Shown: positions 17,531 to 28,222, numbered from the stretch's first letter. The stretch: 64,000 nt of DNA from Chloroflexota bacterium (GCA_021372725.1 JAJFTV010000119.1:119-64118), one strand, 5' to 3'. The notes: generated by a model not told the origin, from the letters alone. Translations and numbers: made by a program.

Positions 17531-19000
17531 TTAATCCAGCAAACCGGCATAACGGGAGACAATCTCGATCATTTTGAACAATCCACGCAAGGCCAGGCGG
17601 GTGGGAACTTCCAGCAAGCGGCCGTCTTCATCCACATTGCCCAAACCGTTGGAGACCCAGATATTCCCGTCAAATGTGATGGTCGGCATCAACCCCATTT
17701 GAGATAATCCAAACTGGATTAAATTGGTACCTGCGTACATGTCTTCCACTGTGAAGATCGGGATTCCAAAACGCCCATCCTGCCACGTATCGTTATAGGT
17801 CATCTCCACCGCCAGTGAATTGGGGGATTTACAGAAAGTCCAACCCTCGCGCAGCGCTTCGGGTAGCTGTGCAAACTCATCCAAAACCAATTCATATAAT
17901 TGATTGCAGGATTCCTGTGCAATCACCGGGCGGTCTTTCAAAATGCGCAATGCCGTCAGTGCGCCGATCAAGGCTTCTTTACCCGGATCCATTCCTACAT
18001 AAGCAGCCTTGCCATGCGAGGAAAGTGACCCGTAGCGTGCGCCATGGATGCCCACTGCACGCCGGATCTGCACCATGGCTTCTTCCTTACCGATCATCAG
18101 CCCACAGGTGGGAGAACCGGTCACTTTGTCCATACTGTAAATCATCACATCAGCCCCCAGCTTGCGGATGTCTGCCCCGATAAACGGCGCACCCCAGGCA
18201 TTGTCGACAATATAGGGGATGTCATACTTTTCTGCCAAGTGTGCCAACCCGTGCTGAATCACCGGCGTACCATCGGACATTTTATCGCCATAGCCGTAAC
18301 CGGGGGTATCGTAAGCCAACGAGGTAAGGCCGACCAGCGAATCGGAATGCAGGGCGGCGGTTTCTGCCACCCGCTGTACGGTTGCCTTGCCGTCTACATG
18401 CAGCAGGTTGGGGGCCGGGTGATATTTGATGCCGTGGGCGGTATAATCGGCGCCTGCCATGCGCACAACCAGCGTATCCAGGTTGGCAGCACGTTTGCCC
18501 TGGATGCCGTATTCACCCGATGTCTCGCCTTGCTCTGCCAGGTACTCCTTGTATTTGGGTGGGAAAGGACGTCCATAAGCTCCCGGATGGTGCATAAACC
18601 TTTCATAAAATGCGATGTATCGCCCGCGGTATGGATCGCCGCGTCCCATCTGGGGAGGCATGCACAACACATCAAAGCTGATCATCAGGCCGGCTTCACA
18701 AGTACTGACCAGAGCGGCATCGTACCCGTCGCCGTAGACTTCCTTTACAACCTCGCGGATACCCTCATCGAGGGTCGCACTGGAAACGGGTGTGAAGGCA
18801 GCCTCGTCCATTGCCTGCGCCACCTCCCGCCGTAATGAGCCATGGCAAGCCGAGATCGCCCCTGTCAAACCCAGTTTTCCATGCATTTCCGGCGTGATGC
18901 CAATCTCCTCACCGCGCTGACGTGCTTCAGCAAAGATCGACTGCATGTTGACTTGCAGGTGTTTGTACATCTGATAGCGAAACTTCCATTTTTGGGCCAT
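17531..19000 (-). CDS. PLP-dependent enzyme, SelA/DgaE-like fold-type I (function unknown)
   Basis: SMDKVTGSPTCGLMIGK resembles the PLP-lysine region of SelA-like proteins. AAAGGA lies 7 nt before ATG 19000, whereas the track start 19075 lacks an RBS. Confidence 0.5.
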   Translation of the reverse strand: MAQKWKFRYQMYKHLQVNMQSIFAEARQRGEEIGITPEMHGKLGLTGAISACHGSLRREVAQAMDEAAFTPVSSATLDEGIREVVKEVYGDGYDAALVSTCEAGLMISFDVLCMPPQMGRGDPYRGRYIAFYERFMHHPGAYGRPFPPKYKEYLAEQGETSGEYGIQGKRAANLDTLVVRMAGADYTAHGIKYHPAPNLLHVDGKATVQRVAETAALHSDSLVGLTSLAYDTPGYGYGDKMSDGTPVIQHGLAHLAEKYDIPYIVDNAWGAPFIGADIRKLGADVMIYSMDKVTGSPTCGLMIGKEEAMVQIRRAVGIHGARYGSLSSHGKAAYVGMDPGKEALIGALTALRILKDRPVIAQESCNQLYELVLDEFAQLPEALREGWTFCKSPNSLAVEMTYNDTWQDGRFGIPIFTVEDMYAGTNLIQFGLSQMGLMPTITFDGNIWVSNGLGNVDEDGRLLEVPTRLALRGLFKMIEIVSRYAGLLD

Positions 19001-19445
19001 AACTGATCCTTTCAGGTAGTGAAAATGACAAAGGAGTGGAGAGTAGTCCTCCAGGGAACGGTTCTCTGGCAGCAATTATACTGTCACGCAAGACCTTCCA
19101 TCGAACCGTCCTGATTTCCCTGGCTGAATGTCATGATGCCATAATATGCTGCTATAAATCTATTGTCAGGCTTTGGAAATAGTTTTATACTTTATTACGC
19201 ATTTGCTCATATGGTGAAAAATGCTTTTTTGTTGGATTTTACCGGTTTTTTATTACACCACTTATCTGTTTTGATTCTATAACTTGCTTCTTAATAAATA
19301 ATTTCATAGCTGATTTTTGGTAATAGCGAATTTTCATTGTCATCGCATACCAAAGCTGATCCATGAAAGGAGGTGCTTATAAAGAAAAGGAGCTTCGAAA
19401 GCTTTTTCTCATCTGTTTTTAAACCCATTCCCCAAGGAGAAAATA

Positions 19446-21197
19446 GTGAAAGCCTTAAAGTTATTGCTTTGCATGATATTGACCTTTACCCTCATCGTTT
19501 CCTGTTCACCGGCTGCCGAAACGCCGGTCACGGAAGCCCCTGCAGAAGAAACGGCACCCACTGAAGCTGCCTCTGCAGAAGAAGTCGCACCCACTGAAGC
19601 TGCCCCTGCTGAAGCAGCCGAAGTTGCTGAAGCGGACAAATTCGGCGGAACGCTAACATTCGGTATTGAAACCGAACCCCCTGGATTTAATCCCATCCAG
19701 CACGACAACTGGTACGAAATCTGGATCTATGCCACCTCCAACCAACCCCTGACCCACGGCGGCGAGAACTTTGGTACCGAGTGGCGTCCCATCCTGGCTG
19801 AATCATGGGAAACCAGCGAAGACGGCCTGGTGTGGACGATCCATCTTCGGGAGGGCGTAACCTGGCAGGACGGCACCCCGTTCACCGCGGATGACGTACT
19901 CTACTGGGCGGAAGCTATTGAAAGCCCCGATACTGTCGATGTCGACTGGGTTCAAAACCGCTTCATGGTTAATGATGTTCCCCACAAATTTGAAAAGGTG
20001 GATGACTATACCGTCACCGTTACCACTGCAGCGCCCGTTCCGAACCTGATGGCCGATATCTGCGTGCCGGTGATCCCAAAACATTATTTTGTGGATAATG
20101 ACGTTGCCTTTGCCGATATGGACAAATCCAAATTCAACACGGATAACGAACTGCTCGGCACCGGCCCATTCCGCATCACCGAATACCGCCGCGGCGAAGC
20201 CGTCATCATGGACAAATATGCGGACTACTGGGGCGGCGAACCCTACCTGGATCAGATCATCTACCGCATCATCCCGGATCGTGCTGCCTTGCTGACTGCA
20301 ATGAAGACAGGTGAAGTGGATTACGTTTCCCTCGATCCCAATGAAGTGGAACAACTGGCCGATGCCGAGAACGTAACCATCTACCGGTATCCAGGCGACA
20401 ACGCCTATCACTTCCGTTTGAACACCTTAAAACCCAACCTGGCTGACAAACGTACCCGTCAGGCCATGATGTATGCCCTCGATCGTCAGGCTTTCGTGGA
20501 CACACTACTTCTCGGTTATGGTACTGTGGCTGATTCCACATTCTCACCGTACGTGACTGCATACAAACCCCTGGATACCACATACACTTATGATCCCGAA
20601 AAAGCCAAAGCCCTGCTGGCCGAGGTGGGATGGGTACCAGGAGCCGATGGATTCCTGGTTGCCGAAAATGTGGAAGGTGTTGAAGCCGGCGCCAAATTAA
20701 CCATTCAAATTGAAGTGACATCTTCGTCCAAAATGCAGCCCTCGCTGCTTGCCCAAAGCTACTGGCAGGCAGTCGGTATCGACGCCCAGATCCGCCAGCG
20801 CGACAACAATGTATTCAAAGATCTGAACTACAACGTTCCCGCTGCCGAGCGTGATTTCGATGTATTCTGGACCAGCATCGGCTCTGCCGGCCCCAACGGT
20901 ACGGCCTATAACTGGCTGATGGCCAATACAAACGCTGATGACACAATCATGGGTTATATCAACGAGGATGTCAACGATCTGTTTGACCAGGCCAAGGTCA
21001 CGGATGATGCAGCAGAACGCGATGAATTTCTGAATGAGGCTGCCAACATGGTCTGGGATGATCTCCCCTTCCTGAACGTTTACTACCAGGAGAACTTGTA
21101 CGCAATCAACAAACGTGTTCACTTTGATGAGGACAATCTCGATCCCACCATGTGGGTTCAATTTGTCGATTTCAGCAAAGTCTGGGTTGACAAATAG
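19446..21197 (+). CDS. peptide/nickel ABC transporter substrate-binding lipoprotein (family 5, OppA/DppA-like)
   Basis: GTG start 6 nt after AAGGAG. Lipobox LIVSCS, Ala/Glu/Pro/Thr linker, 583 aa typical of SBP_bac_5. Confidence 0.8.
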   Translation: MKALKLLLCMILTFTLIVSCSPAAETPVTEAPAEETAPTEAASAEEVAPTEAAPAEAAEVAEADKFGGTLTFGIETEPPGFNPIQHDNWYEIWIYATSNQPLTHGGENFGTEWRPILAESWETSEDGLVWTIHLREGVTWQDGTPFTADDVLYWAEAIESPDTVDVDWVQNRFMVNDVPHKFEKVDDYTVTVTTAAPVPNLMADICVPVIPKHYFVDNDVAFADMDKSKFNTDNELLGTGPFRITEYRRGEAVIMDKYADYWGGEPYLDQIIYRIIPDRAALLTAMKTGEVDYVSLDPNEVEQLADAENVTIYRYPGDNAYHFRLNTLKPNLADKRTRQAMMYALDRQAFVDTLLLGYGTVADSTFSPYVTAYKPLDTTYTYDPEKAKALLAEVGWVPGADGFLVAENVEGVEAGAKLTIQIEVTSSSKMQPSLLAQSYWQAVGIDAQIRQRDNNVFKDLNYNVPAAERDFDVFWTSIGSAGPNGTAYNWLMANTNADDTIMGYINEDVNDLFDQAKVTDDAAERDEFLNEAANMVWDDLPFLNVYYQENLYAINKRVHFDEDNLDPTMWVQFVDFSKVWVDK

Positions 21198-21259
21198 ACT
21201 ACATTTTCTCAAAATCGGGGAGGGGGCCTACCCCTCTTCGATTTTTTTGAAGGAACACA

Positions 21260-22231
21260 ATGACTCGATACCTAATTCGCAGACTCATTCAGATGATTCC
21301 CTTGTTGGTATTCATCTCCCTGATTTCTTTTATGATTTCCGCCCTGGCTCCAGGCGATCCGGTCAATCAATATATCAACCCGAGCAAACGCCCACCCACT
21401 CAGGAAGAATTGGCAGTAATTCGTCATCGTTATGGACTGGATCGCCCGGTCTATATCCGCTATTTCTATTGGCTCAGGGATGTTGTAAAAGGCGACTGGG
21501 GTTATTCGATGATCTCCAAGAATGAAGTCGCCGATGAGGTTCTATCACGCCTTCCACAAACGGTCCTCTTGAGTGGGCTTTCTTTGGTGTTCGCAATTGT
21601 GGTGGCCATACCCCTTGGAGTGCTTTCCGCTGTAAAGCGGTACACCGTTCTGGATTATGTTCTCACTTTTACTGCCTTTCTTGGTATTTCCCTCCCCACC
21701 TTTTGGTTTGCATTACTGCTTGTTTATTTATTCTCCAACACCCTCGGCTGGCTCCCCAGTGTGGGCATGTCCAGTGTAAGCGGTAATTTGCAAGGAATAG
21801 AAAAAACTCTGGATGTAGCGAAGCATCTGGTACTGCCAGTACTGGCTTTATCATTCTCTGAAATTGCGAGCTGGATGCGTTATCAACGGGCTGCACTGCT
21901 GGAAAACCTTCAACAGGATTTTGTACGCACCGCCCGCTCTAAAGGGCTAAAAGAAAGCACCGTCATCTGGCGGCATGCATTTCGGAATTCACTGGTGACT
22001 GTGGTCACCTTGATTGGTCTTTCACTACCCTGGCTGGTGAACGGATCTTACATCACTGAAAGCATATTTGGCTGGCCTGGCATGGGTCGCCTGGGTATTA
22101 CGTCCATCATGGGGCGTGATTATCCGGTTGTGATGATGGTGACCATGTTGTCTGCCTTGATGGTCATTTGCGGAAATCTGCTTTCCGACATCATGTATGC
22201 CTTAGTAGATCCCAGAACAAGGTTCGATTAG
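21260..22231 (+). CDS. peptide ABC transporter permease (OppB/DppB-like)
   Basis: MTRYLIRRLIQMIPLLVFISLISF is a typical N-terminus. The EAA-loop region is FVRTARSKGL. Confidence 0.85.
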   Translation: MTRYLIRRLIQMIPLLVFISLISFMISALAPGDPVNQYINPSKRPPTQEELAVIRHRYGLDRPVYIRYFYWLRDVVKGDWGYSMISKNEVADEVLSRLPQTVLLSGLSLVFAIVVAIPLGVLSAVKRYTVLDYVLTFTAFLGISLPTFWFALLLVYLFSNTLGWLPSVGMSSVSGNLQGIEKTLDVAKHLVLPVLALSFSEIASWMRYQRAALLENLQQDFVRTARSKGLKESTVIWRHAFRNSLVTVVTLIGLSLPWLVNGSYITESIFGWPGMGRLGITSIMGRDYPVVMMVTMLSALMVICGNLLSDIMYALVDPRTRFD

Positions 22232-22242
22232 GCCAGGTAAAT

Positions 22243-23154
22243 ATGAGTAATACGACATTTACACTCCTTGAAAAACAAACCGGAACAAAAAAATACCCCA
22301 AATCACAATGGGGCATGACGTGGTTTATGTTCAAACGGCACAAGATGGCATTGATCAGCCTGGTAGTATTGGTTATTTTCTTCCTGATCGCCATTTTTGC
22401 CAAACAAATTATGCCTTATGATCCGGTGAAGCTGGATCCGCTCTATGCAATGGGACGTCCTCAACCGCCCTCTGCTGAACACTGGTTTGGTACCGATGAC
22501 CTGGGCCGTGATCTGCTTTCAAGAGCCATCAGCGGGTCCAGAGTTTCGCTTTCCGTTGGTTTTGTTGCGGTGGGTATTTCCACAATTATTGGGATCATCC
22601 TGGGGTCATTGGCGGGGTTCTTTGGCGGCTGGGTGGATAATCTGATTATGCGTATTGCAGATATCTTTCTCTCCCTGCCCACCTTTTACCTGATCATCGC
22701 CGTCAACTCGCTGTTGAAACCCAGCATCTTTAACGTGATGGTTGTGATCGGTGTATTCGGATGGATGGGAGTTTCACGCCTGCTACGCAGCGAGTTTTTA
22801 CGTTTGAAGTCAATGGATTTTATCACCGCCGCACGGGCGGTCGGCGTACCCGGGCTTCGTATGGTAACCAAACATTTCATCCCCAACGCAATCGCACCGG
22901 TTATTGTCAATGCCACCATGGGTATTCCCAGCGCCATTTTGCTGGAATCTTCACTCAGCTTCCTGGGATTGGGAGTCCCGCCACCCGCTGCCTCCTGGGG
23001 TTCCATGCTGCAGGATGCAAAAACCTGGCTGCACTTTGCCTGGTGGATGTGGGTCATTCCTGGCCTGTTGATCTCCATCACAGTAATTTCCTTTAACTTT
23101 GTAGGGGACGGTCTGCGCGATGCTTTGGATCCAATCGAACGCGGCCGGGGATAG
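22243..23154 (+). CDS. peptide ABC transporter permease (OppC/DppC-like)
   Basis: HWFGTDDLGRDLLSR motif. The internal Met (MSNTTF) is the preferred start. Confidence 0.85.
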   Translation: MSNTTFTLLEKQTGTKKYPKSQWGMTWFMFKRHKMALISLVVLVIFFLIAIFAKQIMPYDPVKLDPLYAMGRPQPPSAEHWFGTDDLGRDLLSRAISGSRVSLSVGFVAVGISTIIGIILGSLAGFFGGWVDNLIMRIADIFLSLPTFYLIIAVNSLLKPSIFNVMVVIGVFGWMGVSRLLRSEFLRLKSMDFITAARAVGVPGLRMVTKHFIPNAIAPVIVNATMGIPSAILLESSLSFLGLGVPPPAASWGSMLQDAKTWLHFAWWMWVIPGLLISITVISFNFVGDGLRDALDPIERGRG

Positions 23155-23181
23155 TTGGATCGAATTGCATGATTAGAAGAG

Positions 23182-23211
23182 AGACTGCCTGCTTTGAGGC
23201 AGTCTTTTTTA
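23182..23211 (+). terminator. intrinsic terminator after the permease genes
   Basis: AGACTGCCT/AGGCAGTCT 9-bp stem followed by T6. Confidence 0.8.
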
Positions 23212-23387
23212 TAATATTTCTTGCTGCCAGTCGAATTTAATCGTAAGTTGCAGTCAATTTTTCTCTTTGAAATCAGCAAGTTTCCTGTAAAAAGATCAAT
23301 CCTTAGAATTACAGTACAATTAGCTGTGAAGCCTTACTGATACAAGAACAGCCCGGGTTTCCGGGAATTTCGATTACTTCGATTGGA

Positions 23388-25259
23388 ATGATCATGCCAG
23401 CAATACTTCCCTTCCTCACCTTTATTGCCATTCTGTTTATCCTGCGGCAGAGATTCAAATCCTTTGACTTGCGATTGGTTATCCTGCTTGCGGCTGCCTG
23501 TTGGGGAGTACTGTTGGTTGCATTGACCGAGATTTTGAGCCCGTTTCACCTCTTTAACTGTCCTGCCCTGATCATTGCCTGGGGTCTGGCCACGGTTGTG
23601 ACGGGTGTTTGGGCTTTGATTAAATGGCAAAAAATCCGTTTTATTCCCATTCACCTGCAAAAACTGCAATGGTTTCAGCTTGTTTGCATTCTCGGAATCG
23701 CTGCATTGACCGGCGTCATTGCCGTCATCGCAGCACCCAATAACTGGGATTCGATGGTCTATCACTTCAGCAGGGTTGTGCATTGGATCCAAAATGGAAG
23801 CGTGAACCATTACCCTACATCTGTTCTCAGGCAGCTTTATAACCCTGTCTTTGCTGAATATGAAATAGCCCACCTGCAGATCCTCAGTGGCGGAGATTAT
23901 CTGGCTCAAATCCCGCAGTGGTTGAGCATGCTGGGCTGCGTAATCGGCATCTCGTTGATCACAAAACGGCTGGGGGGGAACACCCAGGCGCAGATTTTCT
24001 CCGCATTTTTCACCGCTACCATCCCCATGGGCATTTTGCAAGCTACGACCACCCAGAATGACTACGTGACCGCCTTCTGGCTGGTTTGCCTGGTCGCCCT
24101 GATTTTGGAAACAGATCATCATTCAGAGCGCATTTTACCCGTCGCCATGGGTGTATGCCTGGGTTTGGCCGTATTGACGAAAATGTCAGCCTATATGTAT
24201 GCTTTGCCGTTCATATTGTATTATGGTATACGCGGATTGAAGCGATACCGTCTGCGTTTCCTGCCGGTTGTACTGGTCATCGGCCTGCTGGCGCTCGCTA
24301 TCAACATGCCCCTCTTTAGCCGGAATTATGCACTTTTTCACAGCCCGTTCGGCCCGGCGGAGGAAATGTCGCGCCACCAAAACGAGGTCTACAGCCTCAA
24401 AGGAACCACTGCCAACGTCATTCGCAACGCGGGATTGTATGCCGGGTCGATTGAGCCGATTAACAACGTTCTCAACAATGCTGTGGAGAGAATCTTTGCT
24501 GGGATGAATCTGGATGTGAACGATCCCCGCTTCACCATGAGCGACCATGTTTTTAAGATCACAACCCCCCAGTTTCATGAGGATACCATGGGCAGCAGCC
24601 TGCATTTGGTTATTGCATTGGTATCATTGATCATTCTGATCATCCAGAGAAAAAAGATAGGCAGCAATACATTTATTTCCTATTCAATATTGGTGCTGCT
24701 GGGTTTTCTGATTTTCTGCGTTCTGTTGCGCTGGCAGACCTGGCATGTCAGGCTTCACCTGCCCTTGCTGGTGCTTTGCGGGGCCTGGGTGGGTTTATTA
24801 GCGCAAATTTCAAAAAAATGGGTTATATGGGCCCTCAGCCTGCTGATGGCGCTGATGGTTTTGCCTGTCTTTTATTTCAATCCCAATAAACCGCTGGTGG
24901 CAGATTACAACATCTTCAATCTTCCCCGCCGTGAAGTGATGATTATGAGGAAAAGCCTGGTGGTGCCATATATCGAAAGCGTCAATTACCTGATCGAGGA
25001 AGATTGCTACCAGACGGGTTTGTACATCCCCAACCAGGAATGGGAATACCCATTCTGGAGCCTGTATGCAGATACCGGAAAACCATTCCGGCTGGAACAC
25101 GTCAACGTTGATAACATGTCAGCAAATATCCCGCTGGAACCCTTCTCGCCCTGTGCCATCATAGCCACCCAATCCACGGGCGAGCAGTTCCAATTGGAAA
25201 ATGGTGCCGTTTACAATTTATCCTGGAGCATGGACCCGGTGTATGTCTACACAAAATAA
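23388..25259 (+). CDS. large polytopic membrane protein, probable GT-C fold glycosyltransferase
   Basis: 623 aa, more than 10 TM helices plus a soluble C-terminal domain. Paired with a GT39-like gene. No strong motif recognised. Confidence 0.4.
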   Translation: MIMPAILPFLTFIAILFILRQRFKSFDLRLVILLAAACWGVLLVALTEILSPFHLFNCPALIIAWGLATVVTGVWALIKWQKIRFIPIHLQKLQWFQLVCILGIAALTGVIAVIAAPNNWDSMVYHFSRVVHWIQNGSVNHYPTSVLRQLYNPVFAEYEIAHLQILSGGDYLAQIPQWLSMLGCVIGISLITKRLGGNTQAQIFSAFFTATIPMGILQATTTQNDYVTAFWLVCLVALILETDHHSERILPVAMGVCLGLAVLTKMSAYMYALPFILYYGIRGLKRYRLRFLPVVLVIGLLALAINMPLFSRNYALFHSPFGPAEEMSRHQNEVYSLKGTTANVIRNAGLYAGSIEPINNVLNNAVERIFAGMNLDVNDPRFTMSDHVFKITTPQFHEDTMGSSLHLVIALVSLIILIIQRKKIGSNTFISYSILVLLGFLIFCVLLRWQTWHVRLHLPLLVLCGAWVGLLAQISKKWVIWALSLLMALMVLPVFYFNPNKPLVADYNIFNLPRREVMIMRKSLVVPYIESVNYLIEEDCYQTGLYIPNQEWEYPFWSLYADTGKPFRLEHVNVDNMSANIPLEPFSPCAIIATQSTGEQFQLENGAVYNLSWSMDPVYVYTK

Positions 25260-26826
25260 TGAAGTTTATGCCATTCCGAAACCCCAACCAGGTGTGAATG
25301 TGCAAGCGGTGAAAACCCGCTATTCATTCCTCGCTCCCAATCGATGCGTTTTCACGATACTGATCGTCCTCATATTCTGTTTGGGGCTTGGCATCCGCCT
25401 GTATGACCTTTTCGATGCGCCGCTGGATTTCCATCCCACACGCCAGATGCATTCTGCGATCATTGCACGCGGAATCTACTATCAATATCGTACAGACGTA
25501 CCGGAATGGCAGCGGGAGTTTGCGATAAGCCAATGGAAAAGTGAGCCACACCCCGAACCCCAATTTCTGGAGACACTGACTGCATTCACCTACCGGTTGA
25601 TGGGCGGTGAACGGCTGTGGATACCGCGCCTGTACTCAATTCTGTTCTGGATGGCTGGCGGTGCAGCATTATTTATGATCGTCAAAGAGCTAGCCGGAAG
25701 AGACGGAGCGCTGGTTTCACTGGTGTTCTACCTTTTCCTGCCATATTCTGCCATCGCAAGCCGTTCCTTCCAGCCGGATCCGCTGATGGTCAGCTTGCTG
25801 CTGTTTACGATATGGGCTGTGCTGCGCTGGCAAAAGAATCCAACCTGGCGGAATACCCTGCTGGCAGGTTTGTTGGGCGGCATGGCGATTTATATCAAGG
25901 CTGTGGCTGCCTTTTGGGTAGCCGGCGCATGGATTGGCGTACTGATTGCGGGTTACCCTTGGGCCTCCATCCTGAAAAACCGCAAGGTATGGGTTGCTGC
26001 AATCCTCAGCCTGCTCCCGTTTACTCTCTACTTTATCAAAGGAATGTATATCGAAGGCTTTTTGCAAAGCGAAATGGGTCTGCGCTTTTTCCCGCAATTG
26101 TGGAAAGACCCGGTGTTTTATCTGCAATGGATCAGCGAGTTGAGCAGCGTGGTCAGCCTGGAATGGTTCCTGGTGGCTCTGGTCTGCGTTCTGCTGATCC
26201 AGAACAAACATCACCGCGGTTTGATGATGGGTCTCTGGGCGGGCTATTTTCTTTACGGAATGATCTTTGCCTATCATATATCCACCCACGATTATTACCA
26301 ACTGCCACTGGTTCCCATTGTAGCGATCGGGTTGGGTATTGGTGCACAGCATTTGTTTAATCACCTCGATGGACGGCGTTTTCTGCAGGTGGCCCTGGTT
26401 GGGGCGGTTATTCTATCATTCACAGTGCTCAAAGCCTGGGACGTCAGGGTGGCGTTGAAGCGCAAGGATTACAGCAATGAAATCGCTTTCTGGCAAACGT
26501 TGGGGGAACGCCTTGGCCAGGATGTATCGGTGGTGGGTCTGCTGCAGGATTCCGGGGCACGTCTGTCTTATTGGGGTTGGGTGGATGCCGCCGATTGGAT
26601 GACGAGCGGGGATTTCAGCCTGCGTGAACTGGGCGGTCAAAGTGTGGATATGCAAAAGTATTTCGATAAGATTACCGAAGGCAGGGATTATTTTGTGGTC
26701 ACCTATCTTTCTGAACTTGAATCGCAGCCAAAATTGGCCGAGATGCTCTCCAGGTATACGCTGTTGGAACAAACGGATGACTATCTGATCTATGATCTGA
26801 GAAACCCGCTGCCAGGTTCTGAATAA
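25243..26826 (+). CDS. glycosyltransferase family 39 (ArnT/PMT-like) membrane protein
   Basis: The N-terminal TM is followed by RLYDLFDAPLDFHPTRQ. The multi-TM layout is typical of ArnT-like GT-C enzymes. The start MSTQNN overlaps the upstream stop by 17 nt. Confidence 0.55.
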   Translation: MSTQNNEVYAIPKPQPGVNVQAVKTRYSFLAPNRCVFTILIVLIFCLGLGIRLYDLFDAPLDFHPTRQMHSAIIARGIYYQYRTDVPEWQREFAISQWKSEPHPEPQFLETLTAFTYRLMGGERLWIPRLYSILFWMAGGAALFMIVKELAGRDGALVSLVFYLFLPYSAIASRSFQPDPLMVSLLLFTIWAVLRWQKNPTWRNTLLAGLLGGMAIYIKAVAAFWVAGAWIGVLIAGYPWASILKNRKVWVAAILSLLPFTLYFIKGMYIEGFLQSEMGLRFFPQLWKDPVFYLQWISELSSVVSLEWFLVALVCVLLIQNKHHRGLMMGLWAGYFLYGMIFAYHISTHDYYQLPLVPIVAIGLGIGAQHLFNHLDGRRFLQVALVGAVILSFTVLKAWDVRVALKRKDYSNEIAFWQTLGERLGQDVSVVGLLQDSGARLSYWGWVDAADWMTSGDFSLRELGGQSVDMQKYFDKITEGRDYFVVTYLSELESQPKLAEMLSRYTLLEQTDDYLIYDLRNPLPGSE

Positions 26827-26869
26827 TGATCATTCCTTATATTTTCCTTCGTTCAAATCCGTTTTATTA

Positions 26870-26967
26870 AAATCCACAGCATTTTGCGAAGTTATCCACA
26901 GTTTTGCACATATATCAACCTGTTTTCCACAAGTTTTTCCAAAATTTGTGGATTCTTTTGTGGATTC
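26870..26967. promoter_or_regulatory. DnaA-box cluster 1
   Basis: Perfect TTATCCACA at 26892-26900. TTTTCCACA at 26923-26931. AAATCCACA at 26870-26878. TGTGGATTC at 26947-26955 and 26959-26967. Confidence 0.65.
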
Positions 26968-27249
26968 CATAACGTTTCACCCTGTCTTACCAACCAGAAT
27001 TCTGTCATGTTGTTGACCTCGGTGGATTTTCGATGATTGTACACTTACAGGTATCCTGGACACCACAGGTTTTCCAAATCAATGCCACCCACACGGCCGA
27101 TTCTCAAATGTGACATTCAGAGATGAAATAAGTGACATTTTATAATTCTGTAAAGTTGACAAGGTTACTCTGATTGTGTTATTCTTTTGCTGATATGGAG
27201 TGCAAATCTGTTTACCCTCCAGGATCAATTTTCATAAGGAGAACTTATA

Positions 27250-27426
27250 ATGACATATAAAGTCAACCGCGACGAATGCATCTTATGCGGAGCTTGTGAA
27301 CCCGAATGCCCTGAGCAAGCTATTTCCGAAGTAGATGGTGCGATGTGGATTAATCCCGAACTTTGCAAAGACCACGCTCTTTGCGTTGAAGTTTGCCCGG
27401 TCGAAGCAATTTCCAAGGCTGAGTAA
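27250..27426 (+). CDS. 4Fe-4S ferredoxin (58 aa)
   Basis: Not in the track because it is under 60 aa. MTYKVNRDECILCGACEPECP...CKDHALCVEVCP. AAGGAG 9 nt upstream. Confidence 0.85.
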   Translation: MTYKVNRDECILCGACEPECPEQAISEVDGAMWINPELCKDHALCVEVCPVEAISKAE

Positions 27427-27450
27427 GACAATTCATTTCCAGTCCAGATT

Positions 27451-27489
27451 CCCCTTCAAATGTTACAATTTGAAGGGGTTTTGTGGTTT
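27451..27489 (+). terminator. intrinsic terminator after the ferredoxin gene
   Basis: CCCCTTCAAAT/ATTTGAAGGGG 11-bp stem followed by TTTTGTGGTTT. Confidence 0.8.
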
Positions 27490-27506
27490 AAGAACAGGAG
27501 CCATTT

Positions 27507-28163
27507 ATGAAAAAATTCATCACGGTGGCAGGAAATATTGGCGTTGGCAAATCAACCCTGGTTGAACTGCTGAGCGAGGCATTGGATTGGGTACCTTTTT
27601 ACGAACCGGTAGCCGAAAATCCTTATCTGGTCGATTTTTATGAGAATATGAATGACTGGAGCTTTCACTCACAGATATTCTTCCTCATCCACCGTCTACG
27701 CATTCATCACGAGTTAGCAATGTGCCCAAATTCGGCCATTCAAGATCGCAGTATTTACGAGGATGCCGAAGTCTTTGCCAAGAATTTATACCTTCAGGGA
27801 TATTTTCAGGAACGGGATTACGCCACTTATACCTCCCTGTATCAGACCTTGTGCAAATCCTTAATTGCACCTGACCTGGTTGTGTATTTGCGTGCAACCA
27901 CGCCAACACTGATTACGCGAATAACCAAACGCAGCCGTGATTATGAAAAATCGATCAGCCCTGATTACCTGGATCAAATCAACCATCTCTATGATGAATG
28001 GATCGACGGGTTCACGCTCTGCCCAAAGCTCACCATTCCGGCCGATAATCTTGATTATGTTTCCCAGCCCAGCCACCTAAATCTCATTCTGCGCAAGATA
28101 CAGGAAAGATTATCCGGCAAGGAAGAAGTCGTTTTCGAGCCAGGTGAAATCGAAGCCCTTTAG
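27507..28163 (+). CDS. deoxynucleoside kinase
   Basis: P-loop GNIGVGKST, DRSIYED motif, length and pattern of the dAK/dGK family. Confidence 0.85.
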   Translation: MKKFITVAGNIGVGKSTLVELLSEALDWVPFYEPVAENPYLVDFYENMNDWSFHSQIFFLIHRLRIHHELAMCPNSAIQDRSIYEDAEVFAKNLYLQGYFQERDYATYTSLYQTLCKSLIAPDLVVYLRATTPTLITRITKRSRDYEKSISPDYLDQINHLYDEWIDGFTLCPKLTIPADNLDYVSQPSHLNLILRKIQERLSGKEEVVFEPGEIEAL

Positions 28164-28222
28164 AAAAAGTGACTGATCCCAAAGAAACACATTAAGAATT
28201 TTTTGAGAAAGCCAATATTATG

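Noticed and set aside
17348-17707. Track ORF 17348..17707
   Set aside because: Its TTG 'start' is the TTGACA of the palindrome. It reads through repeat copy B and then runs antisense into the PLP-enzyme gene.
17531-19000. Calling the PLP enzyme selenocysteine synthase SelA
   Set aside because: Only the lysine-region resemblance supports it. The window has no selB, selD or tRNA-Sec, and the length and N-terminus do not fit. It is annotated as SelA-like with unknown function.
26845-26870. GTTCAAATCC, a T-loop-like motif suggesting a tRNA
   Set aside because: The flanking sequence cannot form T-stem, anticodon or acceptor helices.
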